Assembly (NCBI GenBank): GCA_032654565.1
Contig: JAULAX010000017.1
Location: forward strand, 384,001-448,000
Direction of reading: 5' to 3'
DNA length: 64,000 nt
From: Anaeromyxobacteraceae bacterium
GTDB taxonomy: Bacteria > Myxococcota > Myxococcia > Myxococcales > Anaeromyxobacteraceae
Under the pieces are notes generated by a model, which had not been told where the DNA came from, searched no databases, and worked only from the letters and a program-made list of their open reading frames with translations. Shown in pieces: positions 1-9,492 of the stretch. The position numbers and the translations under genes were made by a program. Positions within the stretch are counted from its first letter, which is position 1; each line of letters opens with the position of its first letter.

Positions 1-208
1 TGGGGTGCCGGGCCAGCTGGACGATCTGCCAGGAGGTCAGGTCGTCGAAGATCTCGGCCTGGAGCTTGCGGGCCTTCCGCTCCAGCTTGAGGATCTCGTC
101 GGTGAAGTCGACCTTGGCGCCGCCGGAGAGCTCCTTCAGCTCCTCGATCTTGGCCTGCAGCGCCAGCAGGGGCCGCTCGAAGTCGAGCGCGAACGTTGGC
201 TTGATCAC
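1..208 (-). CDS. accA: Acetyl-CoA carboxylase carboxyltransferase alpha subunit, N-terminal part (runs off the window edge)
   Basis: Manual minus-strand translation from GTG at 208: MIKPTFALDFERPLLALQAKIEEL...LTSWQIVQLARHP, the typical AccA N-terminus. Not in the ORF track. Confidence 0.9.
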   Translation of the reverse strand, partial: MIKPTFALDFERPLLALQAKIEELKELSGGAKVDFTDEILKLERKARKLQAEIFDDLTSWQIVQLARHP

Positions 209-238
209 CGGCGCCTTATATCACGCCGCCCAAACGAG

Positions 239-1147
239 TCACGGCGACTCTCGCCACTCCGTGACGCGTCGCGCCAGCGCTTCGGCGTCCACCGGCGGGG
301 CCAGCCACTCCACGTTCGGCTCCCGCCGCAGCCAGGTCACCTGGCGGCGCGCGTACTGCCGGTGGGCCACCTGCACCCGGCGGATGGCCTCGGCCAGGTC
401 CAGCGTCCCGCGCACCACCTCGAGGGCCTCGGCGTAGCCGATGGGGAGCCGCACCGGCGGCGCGCCGTCGAACCGTGAGAGCAGCCAGCGGGCCTCGTCG
501 AGCAGGCCGCCGGCGAACATGGCCTCGACCCGGGCGTCGAGCCGGGCCTTGAGCGCGTCGCGCGGGGGATCGAGCGCCAGGAAGAGGGCGCGGTGCCGGT
601 CGGGGCGGAAGGCGTGGGCGTCGTGGAGCGCCGACTGGGTCCGCCCCCCGGCCGCCACCTCCAGGGCCCGGACCACCCGCACCAGGTCGTTGGGCCGGAT
701 CCGCGCCGCCGAGGCCGGGTCGACCGCCGCCAGCCGGGCGTGGAGCGCCGCCCGCCCCAGCGCCGCCGCTTCGGCCGTGAGCCGGGCCCGCAGCGCCGGG
801 TCCCGCCCCGGCGCCTCGACCACCCCGTGCAGCAGGGCCCGCAGGTAGAGCCCGGTCCCGCCCACCACCAGCGGCAGCCGCCCCCGCGCCGTGACGTCGG
901 CGATGGCGGCGTCGGCCAGGGCCACGAAGCGGGCGGCGTCCATCCCCTCCCCCGGCTCGGCCACGTCGAGCAGGTGGTGGGGCACCTCGGCCCGCTCCGC
1001 CGCGGTGGGCTTGGCGGTCCCCAGCTCGAGGTGCCGGTAGACCTGCTGCGAGTCGGCGTTGACGATCTCGCCGCCCAGCCGGCGCGCCAGCGCGATGCCG
1101 AGCCTGGTCTTGCCCGACCCGGTGGGCCCGGCCAGGACGACGATCAA
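239..1147 (-). CDS. miaA: tRNA dimethylallyltransferase
   Basis: GPTGSGKT, IVNADSQQVY, GTAKP, VGGTGLY and YARRQVTW motifs. TTG start overlaps the upstream stop (TTGA). Confidence 0.95.
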   Translation of the reverse strand: MIVVLAGPTGSGKTRLGIALARRLGGEIVNADSQQVYRHLELGTAKPTAAERAEVPHHLLDVAEPGEGMDAARFVALADAAIADVTARGRLPLVVGGTGLYLRALLHGVVEAPGRDPALRARLTAEAAALGRAALHARLAAVDPASAARIRPNDLVRVVRALEVAAGGRTQSALHDAHAFRPDRHRALFLALDPPRDALKARLDARVEAMFAGGLLDEARWLLSRFDGAPPVRLPIGYAEALEVVRGTLDLAEAIRRVQVAHRQYARRQVTWLRREPNVEWLAPPVDAEALARRVTEWRESP

Positions 1148-1746
1148 GGGGACTTGGCGCCGGGGCTCGCGACCGTCCGCTTGATGCCCAGCGCCGCCTC
1201 GACCTTGGCCCGCAGGAAGGCGGTGGCGTCCTTGGTGTACCCGCGCTCGACGTCGACGATGGTGCCGTCGCGGGCGATGAGGAAGACCGAGGGGAGCTGC
1301 GGGTTGTCGCCGAGGTAGCGCCGGGCCAGCAGGTTGAACCGGTCGCTGAGCACCGGGTAGGTGACGCGGTGGGCGGCCACCATCCGCTTGGCGTCGGTGA
1401 TCCCCGGCTCCTCCTTGTCGATGCTGATGCCCACCACCCGCAGGCCGAGCGACCGGTAGCGCTGGTCGAGCTCCACCAGCAGCGGCAGCTCCTTCTTGCA
1501 GGGGGCGCACCAGGAGGCGAAGAAGCTCACCAGCACCACCCGGGCGTCCGCGTCGCTGGGGTCGTCACCGGCCAGCGCCGCGAGCGAGAGGGTGGTCATC
1601 CCGGCCGCCTCGGCGTTGAGGAGCCTGAGCGAGAAGCCCGGCGCCGGTCCCCCCAGCACCGCCTCCTCCTCGGCCCGCGCCGCGCCGGCCAGGGCCACCA
1701 GCGCCAGCGCCACCAGGGCCCGCCTCGCCACGCGGCCGGGGCTCAC
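1144..1746 (-). CDS. Exported TlpA/ResA-like thioredoxin-fold disulfide reductase
   Basis: Signal peptide and FFASWCAPCKKELP (WCxxC). GTG start overlaps the hisS stop. Confidence 0.85.
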   Translation of the reverse strand: MSPGRVARRALVALALVALAGAARAEEEAVLGGPAPGFSLRLLNAEAAGMTTLSLAALAGDDPSDADARVVLVSFFASWCAPCKKELPLLVELDQRYRSLGLRVVGISIDKEEPGITDAKRMVAAHRVTYPVLSDRFNLLARRYLGDNPQLPSVFLIARDGTIVDVERGYTKDATAFLRAKVEAALGIKRTVASPGAKSP

Positions 1747-3023
1747 GGCGCCACCTCCTGCGACCGCTCCACCAACGCCTTCAGCCGCTCCGCCAGCTCC
1801 GCCAGCTTCACCGGTGTCTCCTCTCGGGTCGTCATGTCCTTGAGCTTCGCCTCGCCGGCCGCCACCTCCTGGCCGCCCAGCACCAGGGCGAAGCGGGCCG
1901 CCACCCGCTCCGCCTGCTTGAACTGCCGCGCCAGCTTGCCGCCGCGGGCGTCGAGATCGCAGGCCACCCCGGCCCTGCGCAGGGCCGAGGAGAGCCGCAG
2001 CGCCGCCGCCGCGCCCGCGGCGTCGGCCGAGACCAGGAAGACCGCCGGCCGGCGCACCGGCACCGGCCGCCCCAGGGCCTCGAGGATCAACGCCAGCCGC
2101 TCGGCCCCCAGCGCGAAGCCGATGCCGGGCGTGGGCGGGCCGCCCAGCGTCTCCACCAGCCCGTCGTAGCGGCCGCCGCCGGCCACCGCCGACTGGGCGC
2201 CGAGGGCGTCGCTGGTGAACTCGTAGGCGGTGCGCACGTAGTAGTCGAGCCCGCGCACCAGCCGCGGCTCGACGGCGTAGGCCACCCCCAGCGCGTCGAG
2301 CCCGGCGCGGACCGCGTCGAAGTGGGTGCGGCAGGGCTCGCAGAGCCGGTCGAGCAGCCGCGGCGCCCCCTGCAGCACCGGCTGGCACGAGGGCACCTTG
2401 CAGTCGAGGACCCGCAGCGGGTTCTTCCGGGTCCGCTCCCGGCAGTCGGCGCAGAGCTGGTCGGCGCGCTCGGTCAGCCAGGAGGTGAGGTCGGCGAGGT
2501 AGGCGGGGCGGCAGGCCGCGTCGCCCACCGAGTTGAGCTTGAGCGTGGTGGTGACGCCGAGGCGCGACAGCCAGTCCTCCACCATGGCGATCTGCTCGGC
2601 GTCGATGGCCGGCTCGGCCACGCCGAAGGCCTCGACGCCGATCTGGTGGAACTGGCGGTAGCGCCCCTTCTGCGGCCGCTCCCGCCGGAACATGGGGCCC
2701 ATGTAGAACCACTTCTGCGGCCCGTCCACGTAGGCCCCGTGCTCGATGAAGGCGCGGATGGTCCCGGCCGTCCCCTCGGGGCGCAGCGCCAGCCGGTCCT
2801 CGCCCTTGTCCTCGAAGACGTACATCTCCTTGCTGACGATGTCGGTCTGCTCGCCGACGCCGCGCGAGTAGAGCTGGGCCGGCTCCACCACCGGGGTGCG
2901 GACCTCGCGGTAGCCGTAGAGCGCGAAGACCTCGCGGGCCACCGCCTCCAGCTCGTGCCAGCGCCCCACCGCCCCGGGCAGCACGTCGTTCATCCCCTTG
3001 ACGGCGTTGATCCTGGCGCTCAC
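1743..3023 (-). CDS. hisS: Histidine--tRNA ligase
   Basis: [39 protein letters not shown] and GGGRYDGL motifs. Confidence 0.97.
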   Translation of the reverse strand: MSARINAVKGMNDVLPGAVGRWHELEAVAREVFALYGYREVRTPVVEPAQLYSRGVGEQTDIVSKEMYVFEDKGEDRLALRPEGTAGTIRAFIEHGAYVDGPQKWFYMGPMFRRERPQKGRYRQFHQIGVEAFGVAEPAIDAEQIAMVEDWLSRLGVTTTLKLNSVGDAACRPAYLADLTSWLTERADQLCADCRERTRKNPLRVLDCKVPSCQPVLQGAPRLLDRLCEPCRTHFDAVRAGLDALGVAYAVEPRLVRGLDYYVRTAYEFTSDALGAQSAVAGGGRYDGLVETLGGPPTPGIGFALGAERLALILEALGRPVPVRRPAVFLVSADAAGAAAALRLSSALRRAGVACDLDARGGKLARQFKQAERVAARFALVLGGQEVAAGEAKLKDMTTREETPVKLAELAERLKALVERSQEVAP

Positions 3024-3886
3024 GCGACCCCCGGTCCGCCGGCGGCGGCGCCGACGGGCTCGCCCACCCGCACCCGCGCCCCCGGCTTGAGCCGGTCGGA
3101 GAGCCTCACCCGCCCCGGCTCGAAGACCAGGATCACCGTGGAGCCCATCTCGAAGGCCCCCAGCTCGTCCCCCTTCTGCACCGGCAGGGGTGGCGTGTAG
3201 TCGCCGCGCTGCGCCCGGGCGCCCGGCTGGTCGGTGAGCGGCACGGCCGCGTCGTAGGCGGCGCGGACCCGCCCCACCACGGTGGCGCCCACGGCGACCA
3301 CGGCGACCAGTCCCAGCGGCGAGTCGAGCAGCGTCACCAGCCGCTCGTTCACCGTGAACAGCCCGGGGACGTGGGCGGCCGAGGCGGCGTTGACCGGCCA
3401 GAGCTGGCCGGGGAGGTAGCGCCAGCCGGTGATGGCGCCGGAGAGCGGGAAGTGGATGCGGTGGTAGTCCTGCGGCGAGAGGTAGAGCGTGGTCCAGGCC
3501 CCCCCCTCGAAGCGGCGGGCCAGCGCGGCGTCGCCCAGCAGCGCCGCCACGGTGTAGTCGATCCCCTTGGCCTGGATCATCCGCCCCCCCACGGCCAGGC
3601 CGGTCTCGGAGACCCGGGCGTCGACCGGCGAGACCACCACCTGGTCGCCCGGGGCGATGGGGCGCAGGCCGGGGCGCAGCGGCCGGGCGAAGAACTGGCC
3701 GAAGGTCCGGTAGCTCTGCAGCGGCGGGCTGGCCTCGAGATCGATCCGGTAGAGGTTGGCGAAGCCGCGCATGGCGGCGCGCAGCAGGCCGCCCGGCCCC
3801 TCCCAGTCGGTGAGCCGCCCCACCAGCCTGGAGAGGGCGTTCTTGGGGACGGCGCGCATCGCGGCGATGAAGAGTCGGTCGCTCAT
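3020..3886 (-). CDS. psd: Phosphatidylserine decarboxylase proenzyme
   Basis: [27 protein letters not shown] and the FEMGSTVIL autocleavage motif. Confidence 0.93.
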   Translation of the reverse strand: MSDRLFIAAMRAVPKNALSRLVGRLTDWEGPGGLLRAAMRGFANLYRIDLEASPPLQSYRTFGQFFARPLRPGLRPIAPGDQVVVSPVDARVSETGLAVGGRMIQAKGIDYTVAALLGDAALARRFEGGAWTTLYLSPQDYHRIHFPLSGAITGWRYLPGQLWPVNAASAAHVPGLFTVNERLVTLLDSPLGLVAVVAVGATVVGRVRAAYDAAVPLTDQPGARAQRGDYTPPLPVQKGDELGAFEMGSTVILVFEPGRVRLSDRLKPGARVRVGEPVGAAAGGPGVA

Positions 3887-3937
3887 GAAGGTCGCGGAGT
3901 CTAGCAGAGGGTCCGCCGGCGCCGGTAGGATGCCGGC

Positions 3938-4675
3938 ATGTGCCGCCTCTTCGGCCAGCATGCCCCACCCGAGCTCGATCGCTGCGAGCCGCTCTGCAGC
4001 GCCCCCAACGCCCTGCGCTTCCAGAGCCACCAGCACCCCCACGGCTGGGGCATCGGCTGGTACCAGGGCGGGCGGGTCCGCGTCGAGCGCGGGCTGCTGC
4101 CGGCCCACGCCGACCAGGCCTTCGTCGAGGCGGCCCGGGCCGCCCGCTCCCGGGTGGTCATCGCCCACATCCGCGACGCCAGCGTCGGGCCGGTCAGCGC
4201 GGCCAACACCCACCCCTTCGTCAACGGCCGCTGGATCTTCGCCCACAACGGCACGGTGGCCCGCTTCCGCGACGTGGCCCGGGTCCGCGCCGATCTCGAG
4301 GCCGAGATCGACCCCTCGCTGCGGCGGGCGCTGCGCGGCCAGACCGACAGCGAGCGCTGCTTCCTGCTCTTCCTGACCCGGCTGCGGGGGCGCGGCTCGG
4401 CCGCGGCGGCGACGCTCGGGCAGGTCACCGCGGCGCTACGCGCCACCACCGAGACCATCCGGCGCATCGCCGACCAGCGCTCGGCCCGCCCCTCCTCGCT
4501 CAACTTCCTGGTCACCGACGGCCGGGTGCTGGCGGCCAGCCGGCTGGGGCGCGACCTGCACGTGGCGGTGGCGGCCGGGGCCGAGCGGGCCTTCGTGGTG
4601 GCCAGCGAGCCCATCGGCGTCGCCGACTGGAGGCCGGTTCCGGACGGGGCGGTGGTCGGGTTCGACGGAGGCTGA
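3938..4675 (+). CDS. Class II glutamine amidotransferase (YafJ/EgtC-like)
   Basis: N-terminal MCRLFG nucleophile Cys; [25 protein letters not shown] and TDSE motifs. Confidence 0.9.
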   Translation: MCRLFGQHAPPELDRCEPLCSAPNALRFQSHQHPHGWGIGWYQGGRVRVERGLLPAHADQAFVEAARAARSRVVIAHIRDASVGPVSAANTHPFVNGRWIFAHNGTVARFRDVARVRADLEAEIDPSLRRALRGQTDSERCFLLFLTRLRGRGSAAAATLGQVTAALRATTETIRRIADQRSARPSSLNFLVTDGRVLAASRLGRDLHVAVAAGAERAFVVASEPIGVADWRPVPDGAVVGFDGG

Positions 4676-4683
4676 GGGGCCCC

Positions 4684-6609
4684 TCAGGGGATCGTCAGGA
4701 CGGCCGCGGACTGCCCGCCCATGCCGGGCGGTGCCGTTGGGCCCGACGGGCTGCCGCCTCCAGCGCCTCCCAGCCCGGGAGCGGCGGTGGCGCAGCTGTT
4801 ACCCGTGAAGGTCGTGGTCGCGCTCCCGGCGTGGCCGAGGCAGGCGCTCGGCCCGCCGCCGCCGCCGCCACCCGGTCCCCCGGCGCCGCCGTTGCCGCCG
4901 GGTCCGGCGCTCCCGCCCGGACCGCCGTCATCGGCCAGGCCGCCACCGAGGCCGAAGCTGCCGCCAGCCTGTCCTGCAGCGCCGCCCCCACCACTTCCGC
5001 CGGCGCCTCCTCGGCCGGCCTCGAGCGTGTTGCTGGTGGCGCTGAGCCGGCCGCCGGCCGCGAAGAGGGCGAAGCTGCCCCCGCCCCCGCCGCCACCGCC
5101 GCCGCCGCCGCCGGCCACGCCACCGCAGCCGCCGCTGCCCCCACCGCCGCCGCGGTCGGCGTTGCAGGTCGGGAAGCCGAGGTAGATGGTCGAGCCCCCG
5201 CCCCCACCGCCGCCCCCACCACCGCCCCTGCCGTTGGCGCCGGCCAGCCCCGCGTTCCCAGCCGCCGGGAGGTAGCCACCGGCCGCCAGGGTGCCCAGCG
5301 AGGAGCCGCCGCTCCCCATCGCCCCGCTGCCTCCGTTTGCGCCTGGGCTCCCCATCCCGCCCGCGCCGCTCGCGGTGAAGCAAACGCGGGAGGCGGCGCC
5401 CCCCGCGCCGCCCGGGCTGCCGCCGCTGCCGCCCGTCCCCGGCGAGCCGTTCAGGTCACCGTACCCGCCGAGGCCTCCCATGCCGCCCGGCTCGGCGCAG
5501 GCCGGGGCCGCCCCGCCGGCTCCGCCGAGGGCGCTGCCCGAGCTGCCGGGCTGGCCAGGGAGTCCAGGGGGCGCGAATGCCGGGGCGGTCGAGGCCCCGT
5601 CGACGCCGGCGCTCCCTGCCGTCCCCGCCATGGCCACCACGCTGTTCCAGCGGGCCACCAGGTTCCCGCTGCCGGCGAGGAGCCGCAGTCCGTAGGCGCT
5701 GGCCCCGGGCGTGGCCGGTGACTCGGCCAGGATGCTCAGCCCCTCCACGTGGGTCTCGGCGTCGACCTGGGGCACCAGGATGACGGTCCCGCTGGCCACG
5801 ATCTGGCTGGAGACGATGGCCTTGCGCCGGAAGGTGAAGTCCGCGTCGGCCTGATCGAACCCGCCGATGAGGCTGATCCCCGAGGGGAGCGTGACGTTCT
5901 CACGGAAGGTCCCGCCCCCCAGGCAGACCCCGTGGAGGCCATTGGCCACCGCCACCTGGATCGCGGCGGCGATGGTCTGCTTGGGCGCCTGCCGGGTCCC
6001 GACGCCGGTCAGGTCGTTGCCGGCGGGGCTGGCGTAGGCGCAGTCGGCCACCACGCCGTCGCTGCCGTCGCAGTTCTCGTCCAGGAAGCCGGCGTCGATG
6101 GGATCGACAGCGGAGGTCGGGGTGCAGGCGTACTCGCAGCCGCAGGTCCCGGTGAGCGGGTTCTGGTCGAGGTCGACGAAGCCGGCCGGGCACCCCCCCG
6201 CGCAGGAGATGGTGTGGGTGATGTTCCCGGTGGCCGGGTCGCAGCTGTCGATAGTGGCCGGGTTGCCGTCATCCACCGGGACCGGGGTGTGGGTCACGCC
6301 CCCCGAGGCGGTGCAGGCGTCGACGGTGCAGGCGTTGCCGTCATCCACCGCGACCGGGGTGTGGGTCACGCCTCCCGCGGCGGTGCAGGCGTCGACGGTG
6401 CAGGCGTTGCCGTCGTCGATGGTGACCGCGGTGTGGACGCAGGCCCCGGCCTGGCAGGTGTCGGCGGTGCAGGCGTCGTGGTCGTCGCACGAGGCGGCCG
6501 TGGTGCAGCCAGGGGCTGGACCGGTGCCGCCTCCACCGCAGCCCGCCAGCAGGACGGCGCCGAGCGCGGCGAACAGCGCGAGGGCGTGGAAGGGGCGCTG
6601 GTGCGGCAT
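4684..6609 (-). CDS. Cys-rich and Gly-rich surface lipoprotein of myxobacterial PE-PGRS-like type
   Basis: Lipobox LLAGC, DDGNACTVDAC repeats, DENCDGSDG motif, a DUF1565-like segment (GNDLTGVGTRQAPKQTIAAAI) and a long Gly-rich C-terminus. Confidence 0.8.
   Translation of the reverse strand: MPHQRPFHALALFAALGAVLLAGCGGGGTGPAPGCTTAASCDDHDACTADTCQAGACVHTAVTIDDGNACTVDACTAAGGVTHTPVAVDDGNACTVDACTASGGVTHTPVPVDDGNPATIDSCDPATGNITHTISCAGGCPAGFVDLDQNPLTGTCGCEYACTPTSAVDPIDAGFLDENCDGSDGVVADCAYASPAGNDLTGVGTRQAPKQTIAAAIQVAVANGLHGVCLGGGTFRENVTLPSGISLIGGFDQADADFTFRRKAIVSSQIVASGTVILVPQVDAETHVEGLSILAESPATPGASAYGLRLLAGSGNLVARWNSVVAMAGTAGSAGVDGASTAPAFAPPGLPGQPGSSGSALGGAGGAAPACAEPGGMGGLGGYGDLNGSPGTGGSGGSPGGAGGAASRVCFTASGAGGMGSPGANGGSGAMGSGGSSLGTLAAGGYLPAAGNAGLAGANGRGGGGGGGGGGGSTIYLGFPTCNADRGGGGGSGGCGGVAGGGGGGGGGGGGSFALFAAGGRLSATSNTLEAGRGGAGGSGGGGAAGQAGGSFGLGGGLADDGGPGGSAGPGGNGGAGGPGGGGGGGPSACLGHAGSATTTFTGNSCATAAPGLGGAGGGSPSGPTAPPGMGGQSAAVLTIP
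6262..6480 (-). repeat. Intragenic 72-bp (24-aa) tandem repeat DDGNACTVDACT.xGGVTHTPVxV
   Basis: gttgccgtcatccacc occurs at 6262 and 6334 (72 bp apart). Two near-identical units plus degenerate flanking units. Confidence 0.85.
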
Positions 6610-6798
6610 GAACGGCCTCCGGGTATGGGTTCGAAGGGGCCAGCCTAGGACCTTTCCACCAGCCACGCACGGGCCTTTCCCCTGGCCCGCGCCCGGCACC
6701 GTGTTGATCTTCGAGGCTCGGAGGTGCGACCGTGGCGGGTTCCACGGGGCCCCGCGCCGCGCCGGATCGGGCCAGCCCCATCGCACCGGGAGCACGCC

Positions 6799-7248
6799 AT
6801 GCCAGGGAACGCCGCCGCCTCGGTCGCCGCCGCCGCCCTCCTCCTCTCCGCCACCGGCTGCGCCACCACGGCCGACGCCAGGAACGCCAAGGGGACCGGC
6901 CTGGCCCGGGTCTACGAGGCGCCGTTCGAGGTGGTCTGGCGGGAGCTCCCCCCGACCCTCCTGGCCCTGTCCCTGGGCGTCAGCGAGGTGGACCAGGCGG
7001 GTCGCTGCGTCCTGGCTTCGACCGGCTGGAGCGCCTTCAGCTATGGCGAGGTGGTGGCGGTCTTCGCCGAGCCGGCCGCCGAGGCCGGGAGGACCCGCGT
7101 CGAGGTGGTCTCGAAGCGGGTCATGGCCACCAACATCCTCGCGCACAGCTGGGAGAACGACGTCCACGCCAAGCTGGCCGAGCGGCTGAAGGCCGCGGCG
7201 GCGCCCCCGCCGGCCCCTCCCCCCGCGGCCGGCACCCCGCGGAGCTGA
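6799..7248 (+). CDS. Hypothetical lipoprotein
   Basis: GGAG RBS, signal peptide ending LSATGC, GC3-rich codons. Confidence 0.7.
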   Translation: MPGNAAASVAAAALLLSATGCATTADARNAKGTGLARVYEAPFEVVWRELPPTLLALSLGVSEVDQAGRCVLASTGWSAFSYGEVVAVFAEPAAEAGRTRVEVVSKRVMATNILAHSWENDVHAKLAERLKAAAAPPPAPPPAAGTPRS

Positions 7249-7272
7249 GCCGCCGGCCGCCGGGCCGGGCCC

Positions 7273-8937
7273 CTACTCCAGCCCCTGGATGGGGAAGTCC
7301 TTCGGGTAGCGGATCTCGTAGCGCAGCTCGACCACCCGGGTCTCCTTCGGCCCCAGCTTCAGCTCCCAGCGCCGGACCCCCGGCCGGTCGGGATCCTCCC
7401 CGGTGGCCGGGGTGGTGCCGTCGAGCAGCTTCACCTTGATCGCCTCGTCCCGCGAGACCGGCACCAGATCGAGCAGGGTCAGCGTGGTGGCCGCGGCGTA
7501 GCGGTTCTTGACCGTGGTGCGGACCTGGTAGCGCCACACGTGGTCGCCGCCCAGCAGCCCGGCGGTCTCGTGGCGCCGCTCCACCACCCGCCGCTCCACC
7601 TCGAGGCGGGGGTCGGCGCCGAAGGCCAGCTTGAGCTCACCGCCCGGCGGCGTGGCCGCCAGCGGGGCCCGGCCGACGAACTCGTCGCCGAGCGAGATGC
7701 GGGCCTGCCCGGGCAGGAACGGCAGCCCGGTGTCGTTCACCAGCGTCGCGGTGAGGAACGCGGTGGCGTCGCCGCGCGGCGACACGGTGCGGGTCACCGC
7801 GCCCTTCAAGGCGTGGCGGGCCAGCGGGACGGTGCGGCTGCGGCCGGCCCCGTCCACGGTCTCGCGCCGCGGCGTGGTCCAGGTGGCGGCCAGCAGCCCC
7901 ATGGTGGCCTCGGCCTGCTCCGGCTCCAGCTCCACCAGCTGCTCCAACTTGGTCTCGGCCAGCACCTTGCGCCGCTCCAGGGGGGCCGGGGCGGCGACCA
8001 CCGAGGCCGGGGCATCGGCCCGCATCGCCCCGCGCGCCGGCGGCGCCAGCCGGATCCGCTCCAGCCAGCGCGGCTCCAGCCCCGGCACGGTCAGCCCGCG
8101 CCCCGGCTCCGCCGTGGAGAGGGCCAGCCGGGCCTCGGTCCAGTCCTCCCCGGTGCGCTGCGACACCTCGCCGAGCAGCGCCAGCTCCACGGCCCCGCTC
8201 TCCGGCTCGAGCCGGGCGTCCCAGACCGGCCGCCAGCCGGCGCCCTGCACCAGGTAGCTGACCGCCAGCTCCAGCGCCCCGCCGCGCTCGGCGCTCAGCT
8301 CCACCGCCACCTCGGCGCTGGTCCCGCTCCGCTTGGCCTGCAGCTTCTCCAGCTCGGCGCGGGCCGCCCCCAGCCGTCGGGCCAGCTCGCGCCGCCCCGC
8401 CTCGGCCCGCCGCCCGTCGGCCGCGGCCGCCTCCAGCTGCCCCTCCACGAAGGCCATCAGCTCGGCCCACTCCCTGGCGCTCACCCCGCGCACCGCCAGG
8501 TTCTTGCTCCGCTCCTCCGAGTAGCTGGCGCGCAGCGACTCGGCGAAGCGGCCGCGGGCCTTGGCCGCCGCCTGCCTGTCCTCCAGGGCCCGGTCCTCCC
8601 CCTGCAGCGCCTCCACCCGCCCCTCGGCGGCCCGGACCTCGGGCAGGTCGAGCTCGGCCCGGGTGATCCGCTCGACGCTGACCCCCCCGACCCGGGCCCG
8701 GGCCGTCCCCTTCCCCTCGACGCGGAGCGAGTCGTCGTCGAGGCCGGCCGGCAGCCCGCGCAGGACCACCCGGGTCTCGCCGGGGGCGACCTCGACGCGC
8801 GCCAGGCGGGTGACGCGGGCCCAGCCGCGGTAGACGGTGACGGCGTCGACCTTCGACGAGGCGGCCAGGTCGGCGGCGAGGGCGCGCTCCGGGGCGACGA
8901 CGGCGAAGAGCAGGGCGAGGGCGATCGAGCGGTGCAT
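7273..8937 (-). CDS. DUF4140/DUF4139 (mucoidy inhibitor MuiA-like) exported protein
   Basis: Signal peptide; VDAVTVY...ARVTR, LDDDSLRV, coiled coil, VSYLV..AGWRP and QRTGEDW..ARLALST motifs. Confidence 0.85.
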   Translation of the reverse strand: MHRSIALALLFAVVAPERALAADLAASSKVDAVTVYRGWARVTRLARVEVAPGETRVVLRGLPAGLDDDSLRVEGKGTARARVGGVSVERITRAELDLPEVRAAEGRVEALQGEDRALEDRQAAAKARGRFAESLRASYSEERSKNLAVRGVSAREWAELMAFVEGQLEAAAADGRRAEAGRRELARRLGAARAELEKLQAKRSGTSAEVAVELSAERGGALELAVSYLVQGAGWRPVWDARLEPESGAVELALLGEVSQRTGEDWTEARLALSTAEPGRGLTVPGLEPRWLERIRLAPPARGAMRADAPASVVAAPAPLERRKVLAETKLEQLVELEPEQAEATMGLLAATWTTPRRETVDGAGRSRTVPLARHALKGAVTRTVSPRGDATAFLTATLVNDTGLPFLPGQARISLGDEFVGRAPLAATPPGGELKLAFGADPRLEVERRVVERRHETAGLLGGDHVWRYQVRTTVKNRYAAATTLTLLDLVPVSRDEAIKVKLLDGTTPATGEDPDRPGVRRWELKLGPKETRVVELRYEIRYPKDFPIQGLE

Positions 8938-8991
8938 GGTGGTTCCTCCCAGCGGGTCTGCACGGGTGAACGCGCCACCCGCCGAAGCGAT

Positions 8992-9492
8992 CTACCGGCG
9001 AGGCGGAAGGTGCAGCGCCCCGGCCAGCGCCTGGTGGCGGGGCCCGAAGCCGGTGAGCGACAGCCGCCGGGCGTTGGGGCGGCCGGCCACCTCCTCCAGC
9101 CGGATCTCCAGCCGCTCCGCCGGCAGCCAGCCCGCCACCTTGTCGGCCCACTCCACCACCAGGGCCCCGTCGCCACCCAGCAGGTCCATGAAGCCGGTGG
9201 CGTAGAGCTCGTCGAGGTCGGCGAGCCGGTAGAGATCGGCGTGGTGGAATGGGAGCCGGCCGCGGTAGGTCTGGACGATGCCGAAGGTGGGCGACGAGAC
9301 GTCGGCCTCGTCGACGCCGGCCCCGGCGCAGGCGCCGCGGACCAGCTGGGTCTTCCCGGCGCCGAGGTCGCCGAAGAGCGCCACCACGTCGCCGGGCTGG
9401 AGCAGCGCCCCCAGCCGCTCCCCGAGTCGCCAGGTGGCCCGGGCCGACGCCGTGGTCAGCCGCCCGGCCGCGGCCGGCCCCGCCGAGGTCAC
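8992..9492 (-). CDS. tsaE: tRNA threonylcarbamoyladenosine biosynthesis ATPase
   Basis: GDLGAGKT, VSSPTF, HADLYRL and VEWA motifs. GTG start overlaps the nnr stop (alternative start 9501). Confidence 0.95.
   Translation of the reverse strand: MTSAGPAAAGRLTTASARATWRLGERLGALLQPGDVVALFGDLGAGKTQLVRGACAGAGVDEADVSSPTFGIVQTYRGRLPFHHADLYRLADLDELYATGFMDLLGGDGALVVEWADKVAGWLPAERLEIRLEEVAGRPNARRLSLTGFGPRHQALAGALHLPPRR

Noticed and set aside
239..3886. Chain of 4-bp start/stop overlaps (psd-hisS-redoxin-miaA)
   Set aside because: Ordinary translational coupling.
6262..6480. Repeat array as a CRISPR
   Set aside because: In-frame coding repeats with no unique spacers and no cas genes.
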